Origin: an uncultured Bacteroidales bacterium
GTDB lineage: Bacteria > Bacteroidota > Bacteroidia > Bacteroidales > UBA10428
NCBI GenBank assembly: GCA_964646255.1
Contig: CAZYDI010000008.1
Span: 2,184 to 66,183, forward strand
Reading direction: 5' to 3'
DNA length: 64,000 bases
The position numbers were made by a program, and so were the translations under genes. Of this stretch, positions 47,459 to 57,404 are shown in pieces. Below the pieces are notes generated by a model. It was not told where the DNA came from. It searched no databases and saw nothing but the letters and a program-made list of their open reading frames with translations. How positions within the stretch are numbered: position 1 is the first letter of the stretch; every line of letters starts with the position of its first letter.

Positions 47459-48391
47459 TCAGGAAGGAAATTGCTCGTTATAAACCACGTTTATGCTTAG
47501 TGGTAGAATGCTGAATTCGATCGGTGAATGCCCCAGGGATTCACCATCGGCTTCAAGATGAATAAGTGGATCGGAATCGATGATAATATCTTTACCCCGA
47601 AAACCAACAATGCGTGGATGATTTAACAGGGTTCCATTATAAAGCATTTTAAGACTTTTGATTACATCCCCCTTGCTTATTTTTTTGATGATGGTGATAT
47701 CAAACAGTCCATCGTCGGGTATGGCATTTGGGGTTTGCATCATTCCCCCACCGGAATACTTTCCAATTCCGATGCTTATGGTAAATACATCGTCATGTAC
47801 AACGGATCCGTCGATTTCAACAGATACTTTTGTATGCGTGTATGCCAGCAGGCTTCGTAAAAGATTAACCATATAAACAAACTTTCCGTTTCTTCCTTTG
47901 TCTTTCTGGTTGTTGGTCCGCTTTACTACTACTGCATCAAATCCAAGCCCGGCTATATTGATAAAGTAACGTGATGTTCTTGTTGTTCCATGGTAGTAAA
48001 GTACCTTCCCTGCATCCTGAAGGCGATACAATCCCCTGCTGACTATTTTAACTGCACTCTCATAATGCTGAGGAATTCCAAACAGCTTGCCCCAGTCGTT
48101 CCCGGTACCAACAGGTATCATGGCAAGGGTAATGCTTTGGGTACTGCAATAATCCTGGGTGAATGCTCCATTTACCACTTCATTCATTGTACCATCACCG
48201 CCAACAACGATTATGTTGCGGTATCCTTTTGAGATATAAAGCCTGGTTAAGGCTATGGCATGACACCGGACCTCGGTAAATACTTCGGTAAAACTTATCT
48301 GATGTTGCCTGAGCAGCATCGAAATTACCTTCCAGTCTTTTCTTCCCTTGCCGTTGCCGGCGTTTGGATTTATAATGACAAGCCAGTCCAC
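47459..48391 (-). CDS. Diacylglycerol/lipid kinase family protein (YegS/BmrU-like)
   Basis: IINPNAGNGKG, VVGGDGTMNEVVNG, PVGTGNDW. It starts at GTG. Confidence 0.85.
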   Translation of the reverse strand: MDWLVIINPNAGNGKGRKDWKVISMLLRQHQISFTEVFTEVRCHAIALTRLYISKGYRNIIVVGGDGTMNEVVNGAFTQDYCSTQSITLAMIPVGTGNDWGKLFGIPQHYESAVKIVSRGLYRLQDAGKVLYYHGTTRTSRYFINIAGLGFDAVVVKRTNNQKDKGRNGKFVYMVNLLRSLLAYTHTKVSVEIDGSVVHDDVFTISIGIGKYSGGGMMQTPNAIPDDGLFDITIIKKISKGDVIKSLKMLYNGTLLNHPRIVGFRGKDIIIDSDPLIHLEADGESLGHSPIEFSILPLSINVVYNEQFPS

Positions 48392-48437
48392 GATATGGTT
48401 AATTTTGAATGAAAGTAAGCATTTTGTTGATAATCAC

Positions 48438-48470
48438 AAAAAAACCCTTTCGTAACGTACGAAAGGGTTT
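48438..48470 (-). terminator. Rho-independent terminator of the second csp gene
   Basis: CCCTTTCGTA / TACGAAAGGG 10-bp stem with a 3-nt loop. On the minus strand it is followed by a T-run (the A-run at 48438-48444 on the + strand). Confidence 0.7.
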
Positions 48471-48502
48471 AAGGATTAAAACTTTTTCCTTGTATTCGAA
48501 TC

Positions 48503-48694
48503 TTATATTCGTTTCACATTCACTGCATTCAATCCTTTTTTGCCTTGCTGGAGTTCAAATGACACATTGTCATCCTCTTTAATTTTGTCAATCAGGCCTG
48601 AAACATGAACGAAATACTCATTGCCTGATTCTGCATCTTTAATAAATCCAAATCCTTTGTTCTCATTAAAGAATTTTACTTTACCTTCTTTCAT
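48503..48694 (-). CDS. Cold-shock protein (CspA family), second paralog
   Basis: MKEGKVKFFNENKGFGFIKDAESGNEYFVHVSGL. Confidence 0.9.
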   Translation of the reverse strand: MKEGKVKFFNENKGFGFIKDAESGNEYFVHVSGLIDKIKEDDNVSFELQQGKKGLNAVNVKRI

Positions 48695-48798
48695 AGTATT
48701 AATTTAAAATATTTTACCAAAGGTATAACTAAATAATAAAATTATAAATACGATGGTTAAAAAAAACGAGGAAAGTTTAATTTTGCGGGAAAAGCAAT

Positions 48799-49575
48799 TT
48801 GGTGAACAGTAAGTTTTTATATTGGCTCTACCAACCATATAAATGGTTGTTCTTCTTTCCTTTTGCATTAATCAATACATTGATTTTTGGCGTTATAGCA
48901 GTTGTTGTGTCAGCCCTGGTCAACCAGCGCGTTGGCAGTTATTACGGAGGTGTGGTTTGGTCGAAGGTGAACGGTTTCTTAACACCAATGTTTGTTGAGG
49001 TAACAGGCCGGGAGCATATCGATGCTTCCAAATCGTATGTTATTATTTCCAATCACCAGAGCATTTATGACATTTTTTTGATATACGGATGGTTAGGCAT
49101 CGACATTAAATGGGTAATGAAAAAAGAACTTGCTAAAATTCCCGGTGTTGGATTTGGAAGCAAGAAGGTAGGACATATTTTTTTAGATCGTTCCAACAGT
49201 CGCACAGCCCTGGAATCTTTAAACGATGCCAAAAAAAAGCTGGTAAACGGGACTTCGGTGGTTATTTTTCCTGAGGGTACCCGCAGCACCAATGGTCAGC
49301 TGGGCACCTTTAAAAAAGGAGCTTTTAAACTTGCCTTTGATCTGCATTTGCCTATTTTGCCCGTAACCATTATAGGAACGAAAAATATCCTGAGAAACGG
49401 CACCACAGACTTGCGCCCCGGAAAGGCCCGAATGATCATCCATAAGCCTCTTGATATCGGCAAGTACTCCGAAGACAATATTCGCTTACTCATGGAGGAA
49501 TCAAGGAATATAATAGCCGGCCCGGTTGAAGGGGTAATTACACCACCATTGCATTCAGGCGTTTCTGCCGGATAA
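48799..49575 (+). CDS. plsC: 1-acyl-sn-glycerol-3-phosphate acyltransferase family protein
   Basis: The HX4D motif NHQSIYD and the FPEGTRS motif. It has a non-ATG start (TTG 48799 or GTG 48802). Confidence 0.8.
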   Translation: MVNSKFLYWLYQPYKWLFFFPFALINTLIFGVIAVVVSALVNQRVGSYYGGVVWSKVNGFLTPMFVEVTGREHIDASKSYVIISNHQSIYDIFLIYGWLGIDIKWVMKKELAKIPGVGFGSKKVGHIFLDRSNSRTALESLNDAKKKLVNGTSVVIFPEGTRSTNGQLGTFKKGAFKLAFDLHLPILPVTIIGTKNILRNGTTDLRPGKARMIIHKPLDIGKYSEDNIRLLMEESRNIIAGPVEGVITPPLHSGVSAG

Positions 49576-52500
49576 ATGCCATGATGGCCGTTACTGCAAC
49601 GGTACCAATTGAATAATATATAAAAGCAGGAACGGGTATAGCATCACCGCTCGCATAAGAGTGTAAGCCCGACAGATAGTAATTAACCCCGAAATAGGTC
49701 ATTATTACCGAGCTGATACCCAGAAGGGAAACAAGGTTAAACGCGAAAAGACCCTTTAATCCGGGAATTAACCTCATATGAAGAATGAAGGCATAAACAA
49801 TAACGGTAATGAGTGCCCAGGTTTCCTTTGGATCCCATCCCCAATAACGTCCCCATGATTCATTTGCCCATACCGCACCCAGGAAAACACCGATGGTAAG
49901 TAAATACAGGCCAATGGTTAAGGCCATCTCAATGGTATTCGTAAAAAGTCTTATGTGCAGGTTAAGGTAATCCTTGTTGGTATTTGTTTCTAATATCATC
50001 AGCATCAGGTTGATAAAAGCCAGCAAAGCCCCCATGGCCAAAAAACCATAGCTTGCCGTAATGATGGCAACATGAAAAATAAGCCAGTAAGAACGCAAAA
50101 CCGGAGCAAGATTGGTAATCTGGGGATCCATCCACCCAAGATGGGCAACAAACAGGATCAGGAAAGCCAGTATGGCGGTAATGCTCAGGGTAATGGATGC
50201 ACGCCTGCTAAAAATAAGCCCTGCCAGAATACTTGCCCAGGCTACATAGGTAAGTGCTTCATAACCATTACTTAATGGGGCATGCCCGGATACATACCAT
50301 CGCAATCCCAAGCCTAAGGTATGCAGTATGAACAAGCTAAATAACAAGACTTTCGTAATCTTTACCGGAACATTTACTTTAAGTTTTCGATAAAAGATGC
50401 CTGTGAATTGAACTATGAGAAGAATAAACCCCAGAATACCGTAGTAACGTGACACAAATGAAAAGATGTCGTATTTATTCAGCAAGGTTTCTGTCTTTTG
50501 TTTTTGAACCGCAGGAATAATGTCGGCAGCGTACTTCTCCTGGTATAAACTGATGGCATCAATAATCTGATTAGGAGATGACCAGTCGCCCGACTGGCTG
50601 CTTGATGCAACCTGCTGTATATAATAGATCAGTATGTTTTCGACAAAAGCAGAGTCGGCCGTTTTTACCAATCCACTGATGGTATTATGGTTATACCACT
50701 TGTTGAGTGAATCGCCGGGTACGGGAAACAACCGTAAAAAATCACCTGCAAATATCATATAGCAGATATTGATCCGCTCGTTTAGCCGGATGATCTCGTT
50801 ATCAAATTTGCTACGTTTAGCGGGCTTTTTCCGGAATGCCATTTCAACCCTATCGTTGAGCACGTAATCATTGTTTTTGAAAAAGTCGGCGTAAGCATAA
50901 TACCTGGCATCAGAACCCATGAGGGCTCTGATTTCGGGATTTGAAGCACGAATGATTGGTTCATACTGCCAATGAGAAGCATGGGCAAGCATACCCAAAA
51001 AAACCTGATCGGGATTTAGCCCCTTGTAATTTGTTTTACGGCTAACCTTTCTTAATATATCTGAACTGAGGGAACTAACCGGTGATATCCTGTCCTTGTT
51101 ATTTTGTATAAGCAACCGGCCAAACCTTTCAGCATGCTCCTTGTCTATTGCGGGTATCTGCGACGGTGCCTGAGCATTCACTGTCCATGTAAATCCAGAT
51201 AGCATAATCGTCAGTGCAACAGAATAAGAGACAAGTTTCCTGTTTATGGCTTTGTTGTCCGCTGCTATTGTTTGGAACCGGCTACGCCGGCTAAATAAAC
51301 TTATAATCATGCCGAGGGTAAGCAAAAGATAACCCGAATAGCTTATAAACGTTCCCGTAAAATCCTTGTTTACAGTAAGCACGGTTCCCATTTCATCATT
51401 GTCGTAAGAACTCTGGTATATGCGATATCCCCTGTAACGCAGGATATTATTCATATAAATGGTATACTGTTTTTCCAACTTCCGTGTGCTGTCCCTGAGA
51501 ACAACGTGGCTTTCGAAGGCAGACGGACTGCCGGAACCTGCATAACGCTCTATGTTAAAATCTTCGAGTATAATTTCAAATGGCATGGTCTTGTATACAG
51601 AACCATAATTAATTAACAATGGCTGGTCATTAATCCGGAATGAAACATACTGCCCTGGCTTTCCCTGCATTCCACAGACGGTAATCAGCTTATGTTCTTT
51701 CCCTGAAGTTACTTCCAGCACAACTGCATCGGGGAAGATGCCTTCGGATGCAGGAACAGAACGGTGAACAACCTTGCCCGAATGCTGGTAGTTCGCCAGT
51801 ACGATCATTTGGCTGTTAAAGGTATATAACTGCCGGGGAATAAACCTGTGCGGTATATTCTCTTTAAGAATTGCAAAAGACTCACCGTTCATGCCGGCCG
51901 CACTAACAGGATATGGAGCAATAAAACTCAAAGAATCCGGCGAAGCCATTAACAATACAACATTGGTGCCGGTGTCATGGATTTCAAATGAAAATGCAAC
52001 CCGGGGGGTGCGCTGGAGTTCACCGGTGGTAACAACAAGTCTGTTTCTTCCGGAGGAATCTGCATAGAACAATTCGGCCACAGGCACGCCACCATTTTCC
52101 GGTTCGATGGTTTTAACGGCATTGGGTATAAAAGCTTTTACATTAAGCTGCACACGTGTACCACCGTGGATATCGAATTGCTTTTTAAACCTTGTTGAAC
52201 CTGCAACACTGAAGGTAACCGGGTAGTGATGAATGGCAGTTTTCCGGTTCTTCTCACCACTTACACTGATATAGGCCTGGCCTGTAATAAAACGATCGCT
52301 GCTCTTACCCTCCCTTATCGACAGAATCCCTTCGATACCGGTATAGCGGGTAACAGCAGCGCCTCCTATTATTAATATAAAAGCAAGGTGGAAAATGAGA
52401 ACGGGCAACTTTTCCCTGGTAAACATATTTTGCGTGAACATTCGACCCACCAGGTTCAATGCGCCCAGCAAAAGAAGAATTTCAAACCAGCGGGCATTAT

Positions 52501-52633
52501 ACACAAAAGCCCGGGAAGTCTCGCTGCCGAAATCATTCTCAATAAATGTTGCAAAGGCCATGGAAACTGCAAACACAATAAAAATCACAGCCATTAGCCT
52601 GGATGAAAAAAGAAATTCTGCAATTTTCTTCAT
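49538..52633 (-). CDS. ccsBA: Cytochrome c biogenesis protein, fused ResB/CcsB and CcsA (CcsBA, system II)
   Basis: N-terminal ResB-like TM/periplasmic domain. The C-terminal CcsA has the WWD motif WANESWGRYWGWDPKETWAL and multiple TM helices. Confidence 0.85.
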   Translation of the reverse strand: MKKIAEFLFSSRLMAVIFIVFAVSMAFATFIENDFGSETSRAFVYNARWFEILLLLGALNLVGRMFTQNMFTREKLPVLIFHLAFILIIGGAAVTRYTGIEGILSIREGKSSDRFITGQAYISVSGEKNRKTAIHHYPVTFSVAGSTRFKKQFDIHGGTRVQLNVKAFIPNAVKTIEPENGGVPVAELFYADSSGRNRLVVTTGELQRTPRVAFSFEIHDTGTNVVLLMASPDSLSFIAPYPVSAAGMNGESFAILKENIPHRFIPRQLYTFNSQMIVLANYQHSGKVVHRSVPASEGIFPDAVVLEVTSGKEHKLITVCGMQGKPGQYVSFRINDQPLLINYGSVYKTMPFEIILEDFNIERYAGSGSPSAFESHVVLRDSTRKLEKQYTIYMNNILRYRGYRIYQSSYDNDEMGTVLTVNKDFTGTFISYSGYLLLTLGMIISLFSRRSRFQTIAADNKAINRKLVSYSVALTIMLSGFTWTVNAQAPSQIPAIDKEHAERFGRLLIQNNKDRISPVSSLSSDILRKVSRKTNYKGLNPDQVFLGMLAHASHWQYEPIIRASNPEIRALMGSDARYYAYADFFKNNDYVLNDRVEMAFRKKPAKRSKFDNEIIRLNERINICYMIFAGDFLRLFPVPGDSLNKWYNHNTISGLVKTADSAFVENILIYYIQQVASSSQSGDWSSPNQIIDAISLYQEKYAADIIPAVQKQKTETLLNKYDIFSFVSRYYGILGFILLIVQFTGIFYRKLKVNVPVKITKVLLFSLFILHTLGLGLRWYVSGHAPLSNGYEALTYVAWASILAGLIFSRRASITLSITAILAFLILFVAHLGWMDPQITNLAPVLRSYWLIFHVAIITASYGFLAMGALLAFINLMLMILETNTNKDYLNLHIRLFTNTIEMALTIGLYLLTIGVFLGAVWANESWGRYWGWDPKETWALITVIVYAFILHMRLIPGLKGLFAFNLVSLLGISSVIMTYFGVNYYLSGLHSYASGDAIPVPAFIYYSIGTVAVTAIMAFIRQKRLNAMVV

Positions 52634-52678
52634 TCGGTTACTGATAATGTAATACGATCCGAAATTTCCGGTAATGTA

Positions 52679-53338
52679 CTACTTTTCTCTGAGCTTGTCT
52701 GAAAACACCTTTTTGAATTTTTCGAGCTTGGGAGTAATAACCATCGTGCAGTAAGGCTGGGAAGTATTGTTAAAATAATACTCCTGATGATAATCTTCGG
52801 CCGGATAGAACTTTTCAAATGGAACTATTTCTGTAACAACGGGATTTGGCCATATTTTCTCCTTTTCGAGTGCGCTTTTTATATCTGCCGCCATTTGTTG
52901 CTGTTCAGCGTTGTGGTAAAATATAACGGAGCGGTATTGGGTTCCTACATCGGCACCCTGTCGGTTAAGGGTTGTAGGATCGTGTGTCTTCCAAAACACC
53001 TCGAGAATTTCGCTGAGGGAGACTTCCGCCGGATTCCAGGTAACCTGACACACCTCTGCATGACCGGTATTACCGGTACAAACTTCCTTATATGATGGGT
53101 TTTTAACATGCCCGCCCGAATAACCCGACACAACCGAAGTAACGCCCCGAAGTTGCTGAAAAACAGCTTCAACACACCAAAAGCATCCTGCACCGAGTGT
53201 GATTGTATCTGTTTGTTCAAGTGAATTAGCCATAGTATTTTTATTTAAGGCATTTCCTGTTTTTTCAGTACATGATGATGCCTGCAAAAATAAGGTAAAA
53301 ATAAACGACAGTCCTGCCCCTGTTAAAAAAGTCTTCAT
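52679..53338 (-). CDS. msrA: Peptide-methionine (S)-S-oxide reductase MsrA (with signal/lipoprotein peptide)
   Basis: GAGCFWCVEAVF active-site motif, GYSGG, GHAEVCQV, YHQEYY. Confidence 0.9.
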   Translation of the reverse strand: MKTFLTGAGLSFIFTLFLQASSCTEKTGNALNKNTMANSLEQTDTITLGAGCFWCVEAVFQQLRGVTSVVSGYSGGHVKNPSYKEVCTGNTGHAEVCQVTWNPAEVSLSEILEVFWKTHDPTTLNRQGADVGTQYRSVIFYHNAEQQQMAADIKSALEKEKIWPNPVVTEIVPFEKFYPAEDYHQEYYFNNTSQPYCTMVITPKLEKFKKVFSDKLREK

Positions 53339-53389
53339 GCTTTGGAATAATTACCGACACACAGGTTAACAAAACGCCTGAACAATTGT

Positions 53390-54634
53390 TTAGGGAATCA
53401 CCGATGCGGTATTGTTCATTTCATCCTCAAAAAACAACGGTGGCATAAATTTACTTACCTGGGAGGTATAATCCTGACTGACAATAATGGTATAGCAAGC
53501 TATGTATTGCCATTTCCTGCTTTCCTGGTTGAAATAAAAAGATGAATTTTTCAGTTTTGATTTATAGGGTATTATGAAGGAATAGCCAAATTTGAGGTCT
53601 TGTACCGATTGGCACAGCTTGTTTTTTTGCAGGTAGGTTGCCAGCATTTTATCGGCATGAATGATGGCCTCTCCCTTTTTTACATTTTCCATAGTAGAAG
53701 TAGGCATAAACTCATCAATAACGACAACCTGGTCGTGCCATTTGAATACACCACAGGGATTTAACGTATCATACTTGGCTATTACCGACTGATCGGTGTA
53801 TTTTGACAGTTCTTTTTCCCTGCCCTGCCTTTCGAGCATATCCGAATAGGCGGTGGTGAGAATCATTTCCTGTTTTTTAAAGAACTCGCCATTTAGGTTA
53901 GAACCCGTAAGCGATCCGAAATTTCTGCAATGTTCAAGCAGCTTTTCAGCCTCTTTTAAACCTTCAATGCTGTCACTTTCTACCAAAGGCATGAAAACGC
54001 TTCCAAAGCTTTTGGCATTTCCGGTTAATTCCTCCAGGTCATACTCCGATTCGAAATCAAATATATGTGCTCTCGTATATGATTCATATGTTTCAAGATA
54101 CTTCACGGTTTCAGAGAGGTTGTTTTCCTTTGCATATTTTATAGCCAACAAAACCATCCGCAATACCCGTTCATACGCAGCAGGTGTTTCCGAAGCCGTA
54201 TATTGCTCATACTCCTTCCTGAAATTCTTTTCCTTTATAAAAAGACGCTGATAGTGCATTTTCTGAAGCTTAATCAGGCTGTAAATATTGTCCTGATAAG
54301 AGCGGTAAAATTTTGATGATGCCTGGTCACGCCTGAAGTCGGCATACTCTATGCGTGATTCAACCAGCGATTTTGCCTTCTCAAGATCTTCATCAACGAT
54401 AAAGCTTTCATATTCCCTGACAAACAGGGTATGGTTCAGCTCGCGTTGCATATTGAGATATGAAACATCGCGTTTTTGTTTCAGCCTGTCAATTTGTGTC
54501 AGGAGATAAGAAATACGATGGTCTATGCTATCGAAAAAGGTTTTCGGTTTCGGTTCCGGTTGCTGGCCATTTGCTAAAGCTGCCAGTGCAAATATGCCCA
54601 ATATTATAATATATACTTTTCGGCTATAAACCAT
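53390..54634 (-). CDS. Hypothetical secreted protein
   Basis: Signal peptide MVYSRKVYIIILGIFALAALANGQ. Clean 414-aa ORF with no motif I recognise. Confidence 0.45.
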   Translation of the reverse strand: MVYSRKVYIIILGIFALAALANGQQPEPKPKTFFDSIDHRISYLLTQIDRLKQKRDVSYLNMQRELNHTLFVREYESFIVDEDLEKAKSLVESRIEYADFRRDQASSKFYRSYQDNIYSLIKLQKMHYQRLFIKEKNFRKEYEQYTASETPAAYERVLRMVLLAIKYAKENNLSETVKYLETYESYTRAHIFDFESEYDLEELTGNAKSFGSVFMPLVESDSIEGLKEAEKLLEHCRNFGSLTGSNLNGEFFKKQEMILTTAYSDMLERQGREKELSKYTDQSVIAKYDTLNPCGVFKWHDQVVVIDEFMPTSTMENVKKGEAIIHADKMLATYLQKNKLCQSVQDLKFGYSFIIPYKSKLKNSSFYFNQESRKWQYIACYTIIVSQDYTSQVSKFMPPLFFEDEMNNTASVIP

Positions 54635-54880
54635 TGATTAAGTGCATGCTGAATCTTACTTAAATATACGGCAAGTAAATGAATAAGGTTTGAAAGTTTG
54701 AACAAATCATCCAAACGATTCATGCAGAAATTCAATGATTTATAAAGCCCGGATTAGAACGGTAACAAGAAAATCCAAACCTGGTCAACCATCACGAAGG
54801 TTCATTTTCAGGGTCACGGAACAATCCATTTTGATCAACACAAGGTTTCCTTCCATGAGTGAAAAAGCGGACTTATGGCG

Positions 54881-55690
54881 TTATTTCTGTGACGTTCCCA
54901 TCCGGCGTTTAAGTAAATTCAGGTCCTTTTTAAGACCTGCAACAGTTCTGATTAATTCTTCGGGAGGTATCATTGGATCAGGTATTTCAGAACTGATGTA
55001 GTTTACGAATTTCCATATTTCCTTAATCTCACTGGCATGAACATCAAAGGGCTCATACATCGGATTCAGCGAGAAAAGGCGGAGCCTGTGTTCGGTTTCG
55101 AGGAGGTTCTCGGCGATCTTAAAAACAATACCCTCGTCGAGTGTCAGGACAATATAGCCGTGGCCGCTGATAATGGTATTCCAATCCTGCACGAATTCAC
55201 CGGTAACATATGAACCATCGGGAATCGGGAGCATGGAATCGCCATTGAGTTGGAAAGTACGGTATTTCTTTTGTTTCGATAAAAACGGAAGGTGAAACAC
55301 CGGCAGGTCCTTAATGAACTCCGGGTCGGCAAAGCCGGTGGCATAGCCGGCTTTGGCTTTCTCCGAAACCAGTTCGATGTTTTCCTCGTTGTTGCTGTTT
55401 ATGGTAGTGGCCAGTACACGCAGGTTACTGCCCTTTAAATACACATCGCCGCCTCTCTCAAGCTGAGAAAACTGGCTTTCGGTAAGTGTTTGCAAATCAA
55501 TTTTAACCAGCGTATCCATAGCCACCCCGTAATATTTTGAAAAAGCAACGAGAGCCGGAATGGTAGGCTGGCTAACTTCATTTTCGTACCCGCTGAGGGT
55601 TGACCGCTTCATATTGAGTGCGAATGCCACATCATCCTGGGTGCGGCCCTTGCGCTTCCGAAGAAGCTTGATGTTGGAGGAGAAGTACAT
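54881..55690 (-). CDS. LexA-like repressor: XRE-type HTH plus S24 self-cleaving peptidase domain
   Basis: HTH IKLLRKRKGRTQDDVAFALNMKRSTLSGYENE, a candidate Ala-Gly cleavage site (AKAGY), the S24 Ser motif NGDSMLP, and a downstream Lys (VFKIA). It is divergent from polymerase genes. Confidence 0.75.
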   Translation of the reverse strand: MYFSSNIKLLRKRKGRTQDDVAFALNMKRSTLSGYENEVSQPTIPALVAFSKYYGVAMDTLVKIDLQTLTESQFSQLERGGDVYLKGSNLRVLATTINSNNEENIELVSEKAKAGYATGFADPEFIKDLPVFHLPFLSKQKKYRTFQLNGDSMLPIPDGSYVTGEFVQDWNTIISGHGYIVLTLDEGIVFKIAENLLETEHRLRLFSLNPMYEPFDVHASEIKEIWKFVNYISSEIPDPMIPPEELIRTVAGLKKDLNLLKRRMGTSQK

Positions 55691-55899
55691 AATTTGAAGA
55701 TGGTGTTAATATTCGTCTAAACTTTGCTATTCATTATTCCTTGTTCCTTGTTCGGCGTTCCGGTTGAATATCGAACTCACCCGCCGAAGCCATCGCGAAG
55801 GAGGGCATCCGCCATCCAACTTTAACACTTTTTTCTTGCAAATATACTGTAATCTGATTATATTATCATCATAAAATATGATTATTTAATAATCATTTT

Positions 55900-57099
55900 A
55901 TGATTTTATCAACAATGGATGAAGGGAATGGTTCGGGTCGGAATATCATACATTTTGACCTCGATAGCTTTTTTGTGTCGGTGGAGCGGCTTATAAACAC
56001 CAGGCTCAACGGAAAGCCTGTGGTGATTGGCAGTTTATCGGGTCGCGGGGTTGTTTCAAGTTGCAGTTACGAAGCCCGAAAATATGGCGTTCATTCGGCA
56101 ATGCCTATGAAAATGGCCAGGCAGCTTTGTTCAGATGCCATCGTGGTGCGTGGCGACATGGATTTATACAGTAAATACTCCAACATTGTCACCGATATTA
56201 TTGCCGAACGCGCACCGGTGTACGAAAAGGCTTCGATCGATGAGCATTATATCGATCTTACAGGGATGGACAGGTTTTTTGGCTGCCTCAAATGGGCTCA
56301 GGAATTGCGTCGGGAAATCATCAAACAAACCGGCCTGCCTATTTCCTCGGGCCTATCGGTAAATAAGACCGTTTCAAAAATTGCTACCGGAGAGGCCAAG
56401 CCAAATGGCGAAAAGGAAGTTCCGGTCAAACTGGTGAAATCTTTTCTCGACCCCTTGCCCATCAGCAAAATACCGATGATTGGTGAAAAAACTTTTCACC
56501 TGCTCCGCTCGATGGGTGTTGGTACCATTGGCACCCTGGGGCAGATACCTCCCGAAATGATGGAAAAGGTGCTGGGGAAAAACGGCATTGAGATCTGGAA
56601 AAAGGCTAACGGCATCGACACCACTCCGGTAATTCCATACTGGGAGCAAAAATCAATCAGCGCAGAACGCACGTTTGACACCGACACCACCGACCTGGAA
56701 CTGTTGAACAACACCCTGGTGAGCATGGTGGAAAAAATCACCTATGAGCTGCGTAAAGAAGAACGGCTGGCATCGTGCATAACAGTAAAGATCCGCTATT
56801 CGAATTTCGATACACATACCCTGCAGGAAAGAATTCCTTATACCTCATTTGACCATAAGCTGATTACGCTGGCCAAATCGCTTTTTACCCGGCTGTACCA
56901 GCGACGTATGCTTATCCGCCTTATCGGCGTTAAACTCAGTCACCTTATACGGGGAACACCCCAGTTGAACCTGTTTGAAGACACCCCCGAAATGGTACGC
57001 CTTTACCAGGAAATCGACCGGATGAGAAAGCGATACGGAAAAACTGCCGTGGTAAGGGCTGTGGGTAAACAACTGAAACATAACGATGAAAAATATTAA
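55900..57099 (+). CDS. dinB: Y-family DNA polymerase (Pol IV/DinB-like, catalytic carboxylates retained)
   Basis: IIHFDLDSFFVSVE, ASIDEHYIDLT, SSGLSVNKTVSKIAT. The real start may be the Met at 55915. Confidence 0.85.
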   Translation: MILSTMDEGNGSGRNIIHFDLDSFFVSVERLINTRLNGKPVVIGSLSGRGVVSSCSYEARKYGVHSAMPMKMARQLCSDAIVVRGDMDLYSKYSNIVTDIIAERAPVYEKASIDEHYIDLTGMDRFFGCLKWAQELRREIIKQTGLPISSGLSVNKTVSKIATGEAKPNGEKEVPVKLVKSFLDPLPISKIPMIGEKTFHLLRSMGVGTIGTLGQIPPEMMEKVLGKNGIEIWKKANGIDTTPVIPYWEQKSISAERTFDTDTTDLELLNNTLVSMVEKITYELRKEERLASCITVKIRYSNFDTHTLQERIPYTSFDHKLITLAKSLFTRLYQRRMLIRLIGVKLSHLIRGTPQLNLFEDTPEMVRLYQEIDRMRKRYGKTAVVRAVGKQLKHNDEKY

Positions 57100-57117
57100 C
57101 ATCAAAAACACGAAACA

Positions 57118-57327
57118 ATGACAAGGCAACTGTTTTTTTTAAGCAATGGTGAATGGTTTGAAGAACCGCTTGATGGCAAAATGCTTCATGCTTCACATGA
57201 AGAACTTGTACTATGGGCTTACGCCATGATGGAACGTAAAAACTACCGTAATTACATGGTTACCGAAAACCCGAAACAATCTTTAAGGGCCATGCTTCCT
57301 TACAGGCGACTGGATGAAGCGGTGTAG
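57118..57327 (+). CDS. Hypothetical 69-aa protein between the dinB-like and dnaE2-like genes
   Basis: An ORF 18 nt after the dinB stop and 77 nt before the dnaE2 start. It has no motif I recognise, so coding status is unproven. Confidence 0.4.
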   Translation: MTRQLFFLSNGEWFEEPLDGKMLHASHEELVLWAYAMMERKNYRNYMVTENPKQSLRAMLPYRRLDEAV

Positions 57328-57404
57328 AAATTTAGTGGTGAACTTGCGCCTGCATTACATGCTGTTGTTTGAAAGTATGTCTGCATAGTAATTGTATAGT
57401 ACAA

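Noticed and set aside
55847-55862. Possible E. coli-type SOS box (CTGT-N8-ACAG) upstream of the dinB-like gene
   Set aside because: CTGT is present at 55847-55850, but the partner position reads TATA rather than ACAG. A Bacteroidota XRE-type LexA would not be expected to use this motif in any case.
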